From the NCBI GenBank assembly GCA_965206285.1, contig OZ242205.1:130149-194148 (forward strand): a stretch of DNA of 64,000 nt, written 5' to 3'. A model generated the notes under the pieces. It was not told the DNA's origin and did no database searches. It worked only from the letters and a program-made list of their open reading frames with translations. Position numbers and translations under genes: made by a program. The stretch is from Vicinamibacterales bacterium (lineage in GTDB: Bacteria > Acidobacteriota > Vicinamibacteria > Vicinamibacterales > UBA8438). Of the stretch, positions 9,687 to 20,071 are shown one piece after another. Numbering within the stretch: position 1 is the first letter of the stretch; each line of letters opens with the position of its first letter.

Positions 9687-12131
9687 ATGTTCGAGCGCTA
9701 CACCGAGCGGGCACGCCGGGTCCTGTTTTTCGCTCGCTACGAGGCGAGTCAGCTCGGTAGCATCTCGATCGAGACCGAACACCTGCTGCTGGGGCTGATC
9801 CGGGAGGGCAAGGGGCTGACGAGCCGCATCTTCGCGCGCTCGCATCTGTCCCTCGAAGGCATCCGCAAGGACATCGAGGGGCGGACGGTGTTCCGGGAGA
9901 AGGTATCGACCTCGGTGGAGATTCCGTTCAGCACCGAGACCAAGCGCGTCCTGCAGTTCGCGGCCGAGGAAGCCGATCGGCTGTTGCACAACTACGTGGG
10001 GACCGAGCACCTGCTGCTCGGCATCCTCCGCGAAGAGCGCTGCGTCGCCGCGTCCATTCTCGTCGAGAAGGGCATGCGGTTGAACACCGTGCGCGAGGAC
10101 ATCGTTCAGCTCCTGAACGAGAAGACCACTCTCACCCGGGTCAAGGAGACGCCGCTGCTCGCGGAGTTCAGCCGCGACCTGACCGAGAGCGCGATGAAGA
10201 ACCTGCTCGACCCGCTGATCGGGCGCGCGCTCGAGCTGGAGCGGGTGCAGCAGGTGCTGTGCCGCCGCAACAAGAACAACGCGGTCCTGATCGGCGAGCC
10301 GGGGGTCGGGAAGACCGCGATCGTCGAGGGCCTCGCCCAGCGGATCGTCGGCGGCGAGGTGCCGCACTTCCTGGCCGACAAGCGGATCCTCGCTCTCGAC
10401 ATCTCGCTCATCGTCGCCGGCACCAAGTACCGCGGGCAGTTCGAGGAACGGCTCAAGGCGATCATGAAGGAGCTGGTCGAGAATCCGAACATCATCCTGT
10501 TCATCGACGAGCTGCACACGCTGGTCGGGGCCGGTTCCGCGGAGGGGTCGCTCGACGCCGCGAACATCCTCAAGCCGGCCCTGTCGCGCGGGGAGATCCG
10601 GTGTATCGGAGCCACCACCCCGGCCGAGTATCGACGGCACATCGAGAAGGATCGGTCGCTCGAACGGCGGTTCCAGGCGGTCAAGGTGGAGCCGACCACC
10701 GAGACCGATGCCCTCGAGGTGCTGCTCGGAATAAAGGACCGGTACGAGTCCTTTCACCACGTCACCTATACGCCGGAAGCTCTCGAGGCTGCCGTCTATC
10801 AGTCGAGCCGATACATCACGGAGCGGTTCCTGCCCGACAAGGCGATCGACCTGCTGGACGAGGCCGGGTCCCGGGCCAAGCTTCGCGAGGCCCAGTTCAG
10901 CGAGGAGCTCGGCGACATCAACCGCGACATCCGCGCCGCGGTCGAGCAGATGGAGAATGCGGCGGCGCAGAAGGACTTCGAGAAGGCCCAGTTCTTCAAG
11001 GAGCAGGAGGTCGTCGCCCGCGAGAACCTCCAGTGCGTGCGGGAACGCTTCGACGAGCGCGTCGGCGCGACCCCGATCGAGGTCGGCAAGCAGGATATCG
11101 ACGGCGTCGTCGCCACCTGGACCGGCGTACCGCTGACGTCGATCAACAAGGACGAAGGTGACCGGCTCCTGCAGATGGAGAGCGAGTTGCACCGGCGGGT
11201 CATCAGCCAGGAGCACGCCACGTCGGCCCTCGCGCGGGCGATCCGCCGGTCCCGCGCCGGCCTGAAATCGCCGAACCGTCCGGTGGGCAGCTTCGTGTTC
11301 CTGGGGCCGACCGGGGTGGGGAAGACCGAGCTCGCGCGGGCCCTGGCGCACTTCCTGTTCGGGAGCGATGGCGCTCTCATTCGATTCGACATGTCGGAGT
11401 ACATGGAGAAGCACTCGGTCTCGAAGCTCATCGGGTCGCCGCCCGGCTACGTGGGACACGAGGAGGGCGGTCAACTCACGGAGAAGGTCAAGCGTCATCC
11501 GTACTCGGTGGTGCTGCTCGACGAGGTGGAGAAGGCCCATCCGGATCTCTTCAACATCCTGTTGCAGGTGTTCGAGGACGGGCATCTCACGGACGGTCTC
11601 GGCAACCGGATCAGCTTCAAGAACACGATCATCATCATGACGTCCAACATCGGGGCCCGCTTCATCCAGAAGAAGGCCTCGCTGGGGTTTCAGCCGGCGG
11701 ACGCCGACCGAATCCAACGTAACGTCAGCGACATGGTGCTGGGCGAGGTTCGGCGTACCTTCAACCCGGAGTTCCTGAACCGGATCGACGAGATCATCGT
11801 CTTCGACGCCCTCGTCGTCGACGACCTGCGGCGGATCACGCAGATGCTCGTCGACCAGCTCAACGATCATCTGGTCGACCGCAAGCTGCATATCGCAGTG
11901 ACCTCGGAAGTGGTCGACTGGGTGATCGAGGTGACCTGCAAGGATCGCTCGTACGGCGCGAGGCCGCTCCGGCGGGCGATTCAGCGCTACGTGGAGGATC
12001 CGCTCTCGGAAGAGCTGATCCGCGGTCGTCTGCGCGGCGGCGAGATCGAGGTGTATCTCGACGGCGGCGAGCTGAGCTATCGCGATGCGGCGCGGACGTA
12101 TACCGGCCGCCGGCTGACCGCCAGCGTCTAA
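9687..12131 (+). CDS. clpC: ATP-dependent Clp protease ATP-binding subunit ClpC
   Basis: 814 aa. Duplicated Clp_N repeat, two AAA+ modules (GEPGVGKT and GPTGVGKT), UVR-like linker ([16 protein letters not shown]). Confidence 0.9.
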   Translation: MFERYTERARRVLFFARYEASQLGSISIETEHLLLGLIREGKGLTSRIFARSHLSLEGIRKDIEGRTVFREKVSTSVEIPFSTETKRVLQFAAEEADRLLHNYVGTEHLLLGILREERCVAASILVEKGMRLNTVREDIVQLLNEKTTLTRVKETPLLAEFSRDLTESAMKNLLDPLIGRALELERVQQVLCRRNKNNAVLIGEPGVGKTAIVEGLAQRIVGGEVPHFLADKRILALDISLIVAGTKYRGQFEERLKAIMKELVENPNIILFIDELHTLVGAGSAEGSLDAANILKPALSRGEIRCIGATTPAEYRRHIEKDRSLERRFQAVKVEPTTETDALEVLLGIKDRYESFHHVTYTPEALEAAVYQSSRYITERFLPDKAIDLLDEAGSRAKLREAQFSEELGDINRDIRAAVEQMENAAAQKDFEKAQFFKEQEVVARENLQCVRERFDERVGATPIEVGKQDIDGVVATWTGVPLTSINKDEGDRLLQMESELHRRVISQEHATSALARAIRRSRAGLKSPNRPVGSFVFLGPTGVGKTELARALAHFLFGSDGALIRFDMSEYMEKHSVSKLIGSPPGYVGHEEGGQLTEKVKRHPYSVVLLDEVEKAHPDLFNILLQVFEDGHLTDGLGNRISFKNTIIIMTSNIGARFIQKKASLGFQPADADRIQRNVSDMVLGEVRRTFNPEFLNRIDEIIVFDALVVDDLRRITQMLVDQLNDHLVDRKLHIAVTSEVVDWVIEVTCKDRSYGARPLRRAIQRYVEDPLSEELIRGRLRGGEIEVYLDGGELSYRDAARTYTGRRLTASV

Positions 12132-12199
12132 AGGATCCAGGGGCGGGTCATCCCATCCCCGGTGCATGCGGGGACCCAGACAGGACGGACGGGAAGACG

Positions 12200-14776
12200 A
12201 TGAGACGTTCAGTAGTTCCGGCGGTTGCGATAGCCCTCGCGTCGCTCGGGCTGTATCCGATGGACGCGCCGGCGGCGGCGGGCGAGCCGGGTGCTTCGGG
12301 CGAACAGTTCCAGGTGCCGGTGCTGCCTCCCCCCGATTCGCCGACGTTGTTCACCACGGTCGAGCTGCGATTTCCCACCCAGGGCAACGTCGCGAGCGTG
12401 GAGGGGCAGACCTACCTCTACTACATGGAGATAGACGCCTATGTCAGCCTGCCCTCGCAGGGACGGTGGACGCCGTACGACGAGACGATCGAGCAGGTGC
12501 TGCTCGGAGACTTCGAACGGCTGTGGGATACCGGCTTTCTGACCGACCTCACCATCGAGATCGTCGACGATCCGTACCCCAACGGGGTCCAGGGCCGCCG
12601 CGCGATATTCGTGATGGAGGAACGCGAGCGGGTCCGTATCGTCAACTTCGAAGGGTCCGAGGAGTACGACCGGGCGGAGATCGACCAGGCGATGGAGTCG
12701 GTCGGCATCGAGCTGCGCCTGGACAGCCGCATCGGGCCGGGCGTGATCCGGCGGACCGAGGGGCTGCTCCGGGAGATGTGGTCAGAGAAGGGGTTCCAGT
12801 TCGCCGAGGTGACCCACGAGATCACCCCCTTGGCCGGTGGACCCAGGGTCGTGCAGCTCACGTTCAACATCGACGAGGGACCCAAGGTCCACGTGTCGGA
12901 CATCACCTTCGCCGGGAACGACAACATGAGCGAGCGGTCGCTCAAGGGCCAGATGAGGAACACCAGGGAACGCTGGTTGTTCTCCTTCATGGGTGGCCGC
13001 GGGACGTACCGGCCCATGGGCTTCGAGCAGGATGCCGACCTGCTGGTGGCGCACTATCGGAACAACGGGTACATCGATGCCCAGGTGGGCCAGCCGGAGC
13101 TGGAGTATCTGGACGAGTCCGAGGACGGCGAGAGTCGTCCCGTGCGGCTCCGGATTCCGGTGAGCGAGGGAGAGCGATACCGCGTCGGGTTCATGGAGTT
13201 CGATGGGCAGGACGTGTTCCGGACCGCGGTTCTGGAGAGCATCTTCTCGGGCCTGGAGCCGGGGGACTACTACTCGGAACAGGTGGTCCGGGATGCGTTC
13301 GACGTGGCGCGCGAGGCCTATGGCGCCATCGGGTACTACGAAATGACCCTGTTCCCCGATCTGGTCCCGCGCACGGCTGAGGACGGGGAGCTGCTGCGGG
13401 TCGACGGCGAGCCGGTCGTCGACGTGACCATCCGGTTGCAGGAAGGGCAGCAGTACTTCGTCAACCGCATCACCTTCCTGGGCAACAACACCACCCACGA
13501 CGAGGTGATCCGGCGCGAGATCAACCTGTTCGAACGGGGCGTGTTCAACACCGAGGCGCTCCGGTTCAGCGTGCGGCGGCTCAATCAGCTCGGGTACTTC
13601 GAGCCCCTCGACGAGGACACCGCCATCCAGATCGAGAAGCGCCCGGGAGTCGAGAACGAGGTCGATCTGACGCTCGAGGTCGAGGAGACCAACCTCAACC
13701 AGTTGACCTTCGGCGCCGGCGCGTCGCAGTTCGACGGCTTCTTCCTGCAACTGGCGTTTCAGACCACCAACTTCCTGGGCCGCGGCGAGTCGCTGTCGGT
13801 GTCGCTCCAGAACGGCGAGCGCATCAAGAACTACGTGCTGGGGTTCACCGAGCCGTATCTTTTCGGCAAGCCGGTCACCGCCGGGTTCAACGTGTTCCGC
13901 CGCGACATCCGGTTCATCAATCAGTTCACGCAGAGCTCGGTCGGGGCGACCACGTCGCTCGGGATGCGGGCCGGGCGCTGGTCGCAGTTCTTCCTGGGGT
14001 ACTCGTTCGAGGAGACCGACGTCCAGGAGATCAACCCCGCGTTCCTGAATCCCCGCCTCCTGCAGTTCAATCCGTTCCTCCAGGACGCCCTGCTTCTCGG
14101 AGCGGGCGGCGCGCGCACGATCAGCTCGGTCACGCCCTCCTTCGTCTTCAACACGGTGGATCACCCGATCTTCCCGATGACCGGCAAGCGCTACACGGCG
14201 GCGTTCGAGCTGGCCGCCGGTCTTGGCGGGAACACGCACTTCTACAAGCCTTCGCTCGAAGGGGTCTGGTTTCTGCGTCACCATCCGAAGCTGACGTTCG
14301 GGTTGCGGGCGCGCGGCGAGTACATCGCACCGATGGCGGGGACCGAGCAGTTGCCGATCTTCGAGCTGCTGGCGATGGGGGGAGAGTTCAGCCTGCGCGG
14401 GTTCGACATCCGCACCATCGGGCCGAACGATCCGCTCGTCTTCGATGCCGGCGGCAATATCGCCTCGGGCAGCGGCTTGGTGATCGGCGGCAACAAGAGC
14501 CTGCTGGTCAACGCCGAGTACATCATCGCGATCTCCAATCCGGTGCGGTTGCTCTTCTTCTACGACACCGGGCAGGTGGCCGATTTCGGACAGCGGTTCT
14601 CGAACGAGCTGTTCAGGACGTCGACGGGGGTGGAGCTGCGATTCTTCATGCCCGTCCTCAACGTTCCGTTCCGGCTGATCTACGCCTGGAACCCGCAGCG
14701 GGAAGGCGTCCTCAACGATCGGTTCCAGCCGCAGGAGGCGACGGTCTTCAAGTTCGCGGTCGGAGCCACGTTCTGA
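12200..14776 (+). CDS. bamA: outer membrane protein assembly factor BamA
   Basis: 858 aa. Signal peptide, repeated POTRA-like modules, C-terminal Omp85 barrel ending ...FKFAVGATF. Confidence 0.9.
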   Translation: MRRSVVPAVAIALASLGLYPMDAPAAAGEPGASGEQFQVPVLPPPDSPTLFTTVELRFPTQGNVASVEGQTYLYYMEIDAYVSLPSQGRWTPYDETIEQVLLGDFERLWDTGFLTDLTIEIVDDPYPNGVQGRRAIFVMEERERVRIVNFEGSEEYDRAEIDQAMESVGIELRLDSRIGPGVIRRTEGLLREMWSEKGFQFAEVTHEITPLAGGPRVVQLTFNIDEGPKVHVSDITFAGNDNMSERSLKGQMRNTRERWLFSFMGGRGTYRPMGFEQDADLLVAHYRNNGYIDAQVGQPELEYLDESEDGESRPVRLRIPVSEGERYRVGFMEFDGQDVFRTAVLESIFSGLEPGDYYSEQVVRDAFDVAREAYGAIGYYEMTLFPDLVPRTAEDGELLRVDGEPVVDVTIRLQEGQQYFVNRITFLGNNTTHDEVIRREINLFERGVFNTEALRFSVRRLNQLGYFEPLDEDTAIQIEKRPGVENEVDLTLEVEETNLNQLTFGAGASQFDGFFLQLAFQTTNFLGRGESLSVSLQNGERIKNYVLGFTEPYLFGKPVTAGFNVFRRDIRFINQFTQSSVGATTSLGMRAGRWSQFFLGYSFEETDVQEINPAFLNPRLLQFNPFLQDALLLGAGGARTISSVTPSFVFNTVDHPIFPMTGKRYTAAFELAAGLGGNTHFYKPSLEGVWFLRHHPKLTFGLRARGEYIAPMAGTEQLPIFELLAMGGEFSLRGFDIRTIGPNDPLVFDAGGNIASGSGLVIGGNKSLLVNAEYIIAISNPVRLLFFYDTGQVADFGQRFSNELFRTSTGVELRFFMPVLNVPFRLIYAWNPQREGVLNDRFQPQEATVFKFAVGATF

Positions 14777-14906
14777 GATCGGGTTCGCGGGGAACACCGG
14801 GAAACTGGTATCGTATGGCGTGCGTTCGGCAAGGGCGGCGGGTGCGAGTGTGCCGGCACTCTCCGGTTTGGGTGTCACGGGTCGATTCGATCGAGGGACA
14901 GGTCTG

Positions 14907-15470
14907 ATGAGATTGTTGATGGGAGTCGTGGCGACGATTGTCGTCTGTGCGGGGATGATGCCGGCATCTGCCGGTGCGGAAGAGCAGGCGCCGGCCCGGT
15001 TGCCGTTCCCCTCGGATGCAAGATACGCGTACGTCGACCCGGGGCGCGTCTTCGCCGAGTCGCGTGACGGCCAGGCCGCGACCCAGCAACTGCAGCAACT
15101 GCTTCAGCAGAAGCAGCAGGAGATCGGGGGTCGCCAACAGGAGTTGCAGGCGAGTCAACAGAAGCTGCAGCAGAACGCCAGCGTGATGAGCCCGGAGGCC
15201 CAGCTCGCGCTGCAGCAGGAGATTGAACGCCTCGGCCTGGAGGTACAGCGGATGACCCAGGACGCGGAGGCGGAGCTCGCGCAGCTGGAGCAGCAGCTTC
15301 AGCTCTCCTTCCAGACCAAGTTCGACCCGGCCGTCAATCAGGTCGCGACGAGCAGGAGGCTGCACTTCGTCGTCAATGCCGTCGCGGGCGCGCTGGTCTG
15401 GGCGGATCCCGCCCTCGACATCACCGTCGACGTCATTCAGGAGATCGACCGCGCCTCGGGCGGAGAGTAG
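14907..15470 (+). CDS. skp: periplasmic chaperone Skp/OmpH
   Basis: ATG 14907. Signal peptide and a Gln/Leu-rich coiled coil typical of OmpH. Canonical position after bamA. Confidence 0.8.
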   Translation: MRLLMGVVATIVVCAGMMPASAGAEEQAPARLPFPSDARYAYVDPGRVFAESRDGQAATQQLQQLLQQKQQEIGGRQQELQASQQKLQQNASVMSPEAQLALQQEIERLGLEVQRMTQDAEAELAQLEQQLQLSFQTKFDPAVNQVATSRRLHFVVNAVAGALVWADPALDITVDVIQEIDRASGGE

Positions 15471-15645
15471 CGCACGCCATCGTGAACCGGCACCGCCGCC
15501 CCGGGCCCGAGATGGAGCGTTGCGGCGGGGCGGCGCGCCCTGCAGGCGCGCCTCGGGCCGCTCGCCGCCGGCCGTTCGTGTGACCGTCAGACCCAGCCCC
15601 GCGTCGCGGCGCACCGCGCAGGACCCGCCCGCGCGCGCTTCCGAT

Positions 15646-16950
15646 ATGGCCAGCTTCCCGTCGAGCCCGGCATCCTCGCTACCGGCCGCCACCGGGGTTT
15701 TCGACGGATTCGACGGGCTCCTCGATCGCCTCTGCTTCCGTTATCCCTCCGTGCTGCTCGACGACGTCGTCGAGCACGAGCCGGGGGTGCGGCTCGTCGC
15801 CGTCAAGAACGTCACTGTCAACGAGGAGTTCTTCCAGGGGCACTTTCCGGGCAATCCGGTCATGCCCGGGGTGTTGATGATCGAGATGTTCGCCCAGGCC
15901 GCCGGGGTGCTGCTGCTCGAGCCGGACGGCGAGACCGCGGCCCTGCGCGCGATGCTCCGCGGCGTCAACAGTGCGCGGTTCCGCCGCCAGGTGGTGCCGG
16001 GTGACCGCCTGCGTCTCGAAGTGACGGTTCGCCGCCGCCGCCGGCGGATGGCGGTGGCGGCGGCGGTGGCCCACGTGGGTGAGCACGTGGTCGCCGAGGC
16101 GGAGCTGCTGGTGGGGCTGGTGCTCGATGAGGCACGTATCGATCGCACCGCGCGGGTGGCCCCGGGGGCCCGGATCGGGGCCGGGACGGTGGTGGGACCC
16201 AATGCCCTGATCGGTCCGAACGTGCGGATCGGGCGGGGGTGCTTCGTCGGGGCGTCCGCGATCATCGACGGATGGACCGAGATCGGCGACGGCACGCAGG
16301 TGTTTCCTTTCGCGTCGATCGGCCTGATTCCCCAGGACACGAAATTCAGGGGAGAGCGCACGACGCTCGCCATCGGTCAGCGCAACGTCTTCCGTGAGTT
16401 CGTCACCATTCATCGCGGGACGAGGCAGGGAGGGGGGGGCACCCGGATCGGGGACGACAATCTCTTCATGGCCTATGTCCACATCGCCCACGATTGCCAG
16501 GTCGGCAACCGAACCATTCTGGCCAACGCGGTGATGCTCGGTGGTCACGTGACGGTGGATGACCATGCGTTCATCGGCGCCGTCTCCGGGGTGCACCAGT
16601 ATTGCCGGGTCGGCCGGCACGCCTTCGTCGGCGGCGCGTCGGTGGTGACGCTGGACGCGCTTCCCTACGCCCGGAGCGTCGGGAACCGCGCGCGCATCTA
16701 CGATCTGAACACCCTGGGGCTCGAACGCCGGGGCGTGCCCCAGGAGACCATCGCCCGGCTCAAGCGGGCGTTCCGCTATCTGCTGCAGTCGAAGTTGAAC
16801 ACGACCCAGGCGATCGAGCGGATCGAACGGGATCGGAGCCTGCACTGCCCGGAGGTGACGTATCTCGTCGACTTCATCAGCTCGTCCCGGCGGGGGGTCC
16901 ATCTCCGCCGGCGCAGCCGCCGGATCGAGGTGATGGCGGGCGATGACTAG
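15646..16950 (+). CDS. fabZ-lpxA: fused 3-hydroxyacyl-ACP dehydratase FabZ / UDP-GlcNAc O-acyltransferase LpxA
   Basis: ATG 15646, one continuous 434-aa frame. FabZ hot-dog ([26 protein letters not shown]), then hexapeptide beta-helix repeats and the LpxA C-terminal helical domain (NTLGLERRG...[11 protein letters not shown]). Confidence 0.85.
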   Translation: MASFPSSPASSLPAATGVFDGFDGLLDRLCFRYPSVLLDDVVEHEPGVRLVAVKNVTVNEEFFQGHFPGNPVMPGVLMIEMFAQAAGVLLLEPDGETAALRAMLRGVNSARFRRQVVPGDRLRLEVTVRRRRRRMAVAAAVAHVGEHVVAEAELLVGLVLDEARIDRTARVAPGARIGAGTVVGPNALIGPNVRIGRGCFVGASAIIDGWTEIGDGTQVFPFASIGLIPQDTKFRGERTTLAIGQRNVFREFVTIHRGTRQGGGGTRIGDDNLFMAYVHIAHDCQVGNRTILANAVMLGGHVTVDDHAFIGAVSGVHQYCRVGRHAFVGGASVVTLDALPYARSVGNRARIYDLNTLGLERRGVPQETIARLKRAFRYLLQSKLNTTQAIERIERDRSLHCPEVTYLVDFISSSRRGVHLRRRSRRIEVMAGDD

Positions 16951-17120
16951 CAGCCCGTGGTGGAACCCCGCGTTGCGCCGAGAGCGGCGAGGCGCGGGAT
17001 GCATCGCCGCTCGAAAGCAGCGGGCACTTTCACCACGAGCGGCTGGCCCGTGGCGGAATTCAGCGTCGCACCGAGACCTCGCCGGTCGAATGCGGCGGGG
17101 CCTCTTGCCACGGGCTGCCG
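16951..17120 (+). repeat. dispersed hairpin repeat, family 2 (two sub-units)
   Basis: Starts right after the lpxA stop. CAGCCCGTGGTGGAACCCCGCGTTGCGCCGAGAGCGGCGA-13 nt-TCGCCGCTCGAAAGCAGCGGGCACTTTCACCAC forms a long imperfect hairpin. A second sub-unit ends ...CCGGTCGAATGCGGCGGGGCCTCTTGCCACGGGCTG. Confidence 0.75.
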
Positions 17121-17169
17121 GTCGGGCCGGCGCCCGCGGGCGACAACCTGGGGGCAGGGCTGCGGCGTC

Positions 17170-17997
17170 ATGCGACTCGGATTGATCGCGGGGAACGGCC
17201 GGTTTCCGTTCCTGGCGCTGGAGGGTGCGCGCCGGCTCGGCCACGACGTGACCATTGTCGCCATCAAGGAAGAAACCAGCCCGGCGCTGACCGAGGCGGC
17301 GGCCGCCGATCCGCCGGCCGACCTTCACTGGGTCTCCCTGGGACAGGTCGGCAAGTGCATCGCGATCCTGCAGGGCGCGGGGGTGACGCGGGCGGTCATG
17401 GCCGGGCAGGTCAAGCACACCAGACTGTTCACGGGTTTCATTCCGGATCTGACCGGCCTGAAGCTGCTCGGCCGTCTCAAGACGAGAAACACCGATGCGG
17501 TGATCTCGGCGGTGGCGGACGTGCTGGCGGATCATGGGATCGAGCTCGAGAACTCGACCGCCTTTCTGCGGCCGCTGCTGGCCGCGAGCGGTGTGCTGAC
17601 GGCGCGTCCGCCGTGCGCTGACGAGCAGGCGGACCTGGACTTCGGCTACCGCATGGCGGATGCGGTGGCCGGTCTGGACATCGGTCAGACCATCGCCGTC
17701 AAGGACCGGGCGGTGGTGGCGGTCGAGGCGATGGAGGGCACAGATGCGGTCATCGCCCGCGCGGGCGAGCTCGCAGGGCCCGGCGTCTGCATCGTCAAGG
17801 TCGCCAAGCCGACCCAGGACATGCGGTTCGACGTGCCGGTGGTCGGTCTGCCGACGCTGGCCGCGATGGAGAAGGCCGGTGCACGCGTCCTTTCCGTCGA
17901 CGCCGGACGAACCCTGGTGCTCGACGGAGCCGAGTTCTACGCCCGGGCGGACGCCCAGGGAGCGGCGGTGGTGGGACGGGAGAGTGAAGCCGGATGA
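17170..17997 (+). CDS. lpxI: UDP-2,3-diacylglucosamine pyrophosphatase LpxI (DUF1009)
   Basis: ATG 17170, 275 aa. [35 protein letters not shown] and [17 protein letters not shown] match DUF1009/LpxI. Confidence 0.8.
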   Translation: MRLGLIAGNGRFPFLALEGARRLGHDVTIVAIKEETSPALTEAAAADPPADLHWVSLGQVGKCIAILQGAGVTRAVMAGQVKHTRLFTGFIPDLTGLKLLGRLKTRNTDAVISAVADVLADHGIELENSTAFLRPLLAASGVLTARPPCADEQADLDFGYRMADAVAGLDIGQTIAVKDRAVVAVEAMEGTDAVIARAGELAGPGVCIVKVAKPTQDMRFDVPVVGLPTLAAMEKAGARVLSVDAGRTLVLDGAEFYARADAQGAAVVGRESEAG

Positions 17998-18067
17998 GCG
18001 CGCGAGCCGTCTTCTCCCGGGGCCGATCCTCTCGCGGCGTGTCGCGCCCCCTCGGGTTGCTGGCCTC

Positions 18068-19048
18068 ATGACTCGAGCCGCCGAATCCGCCGGTCCCCGG
18101 GTGGCGGTGGTCGGTGCCGGGCACTTCGGGCGCCATCATGCCCGGATCCTGTCCGCGTCGTCCGGCGTGCGGCTCGTAGCGATCGTCGACGCCAATCCGG
18201 AGGTCGCGTCCCGCGTCGCGTCCGAGACCGGCGTGAGGCCGGAGACTGACGCGGCCGCACTGCACGGCCGGGTGGACGCGGTCACCGTGGCGGTTCCGAC
18301 CGACCGCCACCACGCGGTGGCGGTCCCGTTGCTCGAACGGGGCATCTCGGTGCTCGTCGAGAAGCCGATGGCCCGCTCCCTCCACGAAGCGGACGAGATG
18401 ATCGCGGCCGCGCAGGCCGGCGGGGCGGTACTGGCAGTCGGACATACCGAGCGCTACAACCCGGCGGTGACCGCCGCCCTGCCCGCCGTCGAGGCGCCGC
18501 GCTTCATCGAGGTGCACCGTATCGGCGCCTTCTCACCGCGCAGTCTGGATGTCGATGTCATCTTCGACCTGATGATTCACGACCTCGACATCGTACAGAC
18601 CGCCGTCGGTGAGGAGGTGGAGGCCATCGAGGCGGTCGGAGTCCCGGTATTGACCGATCACGTCGACATCGCAAACGTCCGGCTCCGTTTCAGGTCAGGA
18701 TGCATCGCGAATCTGACCGCGAGCCGGATCAGCCGGGACCGCGTGCGCAAGCTGCGGTTCTTCCAGCCGGATGCCTGCATCTCGGTCGATTGTGTCCGGC
18801 AGGAGGTCGAGACGTGGCGCGTCAGACGCGCCGCGAGCGGGATGCCGGCCATCGATGGCGGGCGGGTCGAGGTGCCGCCGGGCGAGCCGCTCGAGCTCGA
18901 GCTCGAGGACTTCGTCAAGGCGGTCTCCGGGGGACCCGCCCCGCGGGTCGACGGGAGCGGCGGGCGGCGGGCGCTGGCCCTGGCCGTGCGGGTGGCGGCC
19001 GCGGTGCGCAGCGACCCCGGGACTCCGGGAGGGTTGGCCGAGCGGTGA
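18068..19048 (+). CDS. Gfo/Idh/MocA family oxidoreductase
   Basis: ATG 18068. Rossmann VAVVGAGHFGRHH and EKP motif (LVEKPMA). Its position after lpxA/lpxI suggests a GnnA-like UDP-GlcNAc 3-dehydrogenase, but that is inference only. Confidence 0.8.
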   Translation: MTRAAESAGPRVAVVGAGHFGRHHARILSASSGVRLVAIVDANPEVASRVASETGVRPETDAAALHGRVDAVTVAVPTDRHHAVAVPLLERGISVLVEKPMARSLHEADEMIAAAQAGGAVLAVGHTERYNPAVTAALPAVEAPRFIEVHRIGAFSPRSLDVDVIFDLMIHDLDIVQTAVGEEVEAIEAVGVPVLTDHVDIANVRLRFRSGCIANLTASRISRDRVRKLRFFQPDACISVDCVRQEVETWRVRRAASGMPAIDGGRVEVPPGEPLELELEDFVKAVSGGPAPRVDGSGGRRALALAVRVAAAVRSDPGTPGGLAER

Positions 19049-19135
19049 GCGGAGCCGCACGGCGACGATTGCCGGGCTGGCGGCAACAGAATTGCACCAA
19101 CGGGTGATCAACTGGTGCCATCAAGGGCAGGTGAC

Positions 19136-20071
19136 ATGAACGACGACGCGGGAGGCGCAGAGGCGTTGACGGCCATGGATGACGACCTGGCGGCGGCCCT
19201 CGACAAGATCGAGGCCGGCGCCGTCCTCGATGATCGGGACTGGCAGGCGTTGACCAGCGGACACGACCTGATCGCCCTCGGCATCGCCGCCGACACCGCG
19301 CGGCGCCGCCGGCACGCGGACCGGACCACCTTCGTGCAACTCGTCCCGGTACCGGTTTCCGCCCCCGTGCTGGTCGATCCGCCCGGTCGGGATGTCGGTG
19401 AGGTGCGCCTGGAGGGCCGGCCGGCGACGGCCGAGTCGGCGGTGGCCGCGGTTCGGGCCCTGGCCGCTCAGGTTGGGGGAGTGCCGGTCACCGGGTTCGC
19501 CTACGGAGACCTCGATGCGCTGTGCGGGCATGATCCGGTTCGGCTCGGCGACTTGTTGGTGGAGCTGCGGGAAGCCGGGCTGGCGCAGCTTGCGTCGCTC
19601 GCCGCGGATGCCCTGGCGGACCCGGAACCGGTGGTTGCCGTCCTGCGCGGCAGCGGTTCGGAGGTCTCCAGCCTGACCTTCGGGGAGGCGGTCGGGAGCG
19701 AGGCCTGGCGGTTGATGCGGCGGGTGAAAGCCTGGGACGGTATCGGCAGCGTCTGCCGCACCCTGGCCCCGCTGGCGTCGGTCGAGCCGTCGCCGCCGAA
19801 CACCGGCTACAACGACCTGCGGCAGGTTGCGCTGGCGCGACTCCTGGTTGACAATATCGACTCGATTCAGGTCGACTGGTCCCGCCACGGTCCGAAGCTG
19901 GCCCAGGTGGCGTTGACCTTCGGCGCTGATGACGTCGACGCGGTGCCGGCCGTCGCAACGAGCGAACAGGGGTGGCGCCGGTCTCCGCGGGAGGAGATTC
20001 GCCGGAACATCACTGCGGCCGGTTTTTCCCCCGTCCCGCGGAACGGCCGTTTCGAGGCACTCGAGTCATGA
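19136..20071 (+). CDS. MqnE/MqnC-like protein lacking the radical-SAM cysteine motif
   Basis: ATG 19136 (GTG 19115 is an alternative), 311 aa. LARLLVDNIDSIQVDWSRHGPKLAQVALTFGADDVD aligns by eye with LSRIVLDNFDNLQASWVTQGGKVGQLSLAFGANDMG of the mqnC product. It has only 2 Cys and no CxxxCxxC. Confidence 0.6.
   Translation: MNDDAGGAEALTAMDDDLAAALDKIEAGAVLDDRDWQALTSGHDLIALGIAADTARRRRHADRTTFVQLVPVPVSAPVLVDPPGRDVGEVRLEGRPATAESAVAAVRALAAQVGGVPVTGFAYGDLDALCGHDPVRLGDLLVELREAGLAQLASLAADALADPEPVVAVLRGSGSEVSSLTFGEAVGSEAWRLMRRVKAWDGIGSVCRTLAPLASVEPSPPNTGYNDLRQVALARLLVDNIDSIQVDWSRHGPKLAQVALTFGADDVDAVPAVATSEQGWRRSPREEIRRNITAAGFSPVPRNGRFEALES

Noticed and set aside
8796-12167. 1123-aa ORF on the minus strand
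   Set aside because: It is antisense to lolD and clpC. Same low-complexity R/D/P/G composition and no domain.
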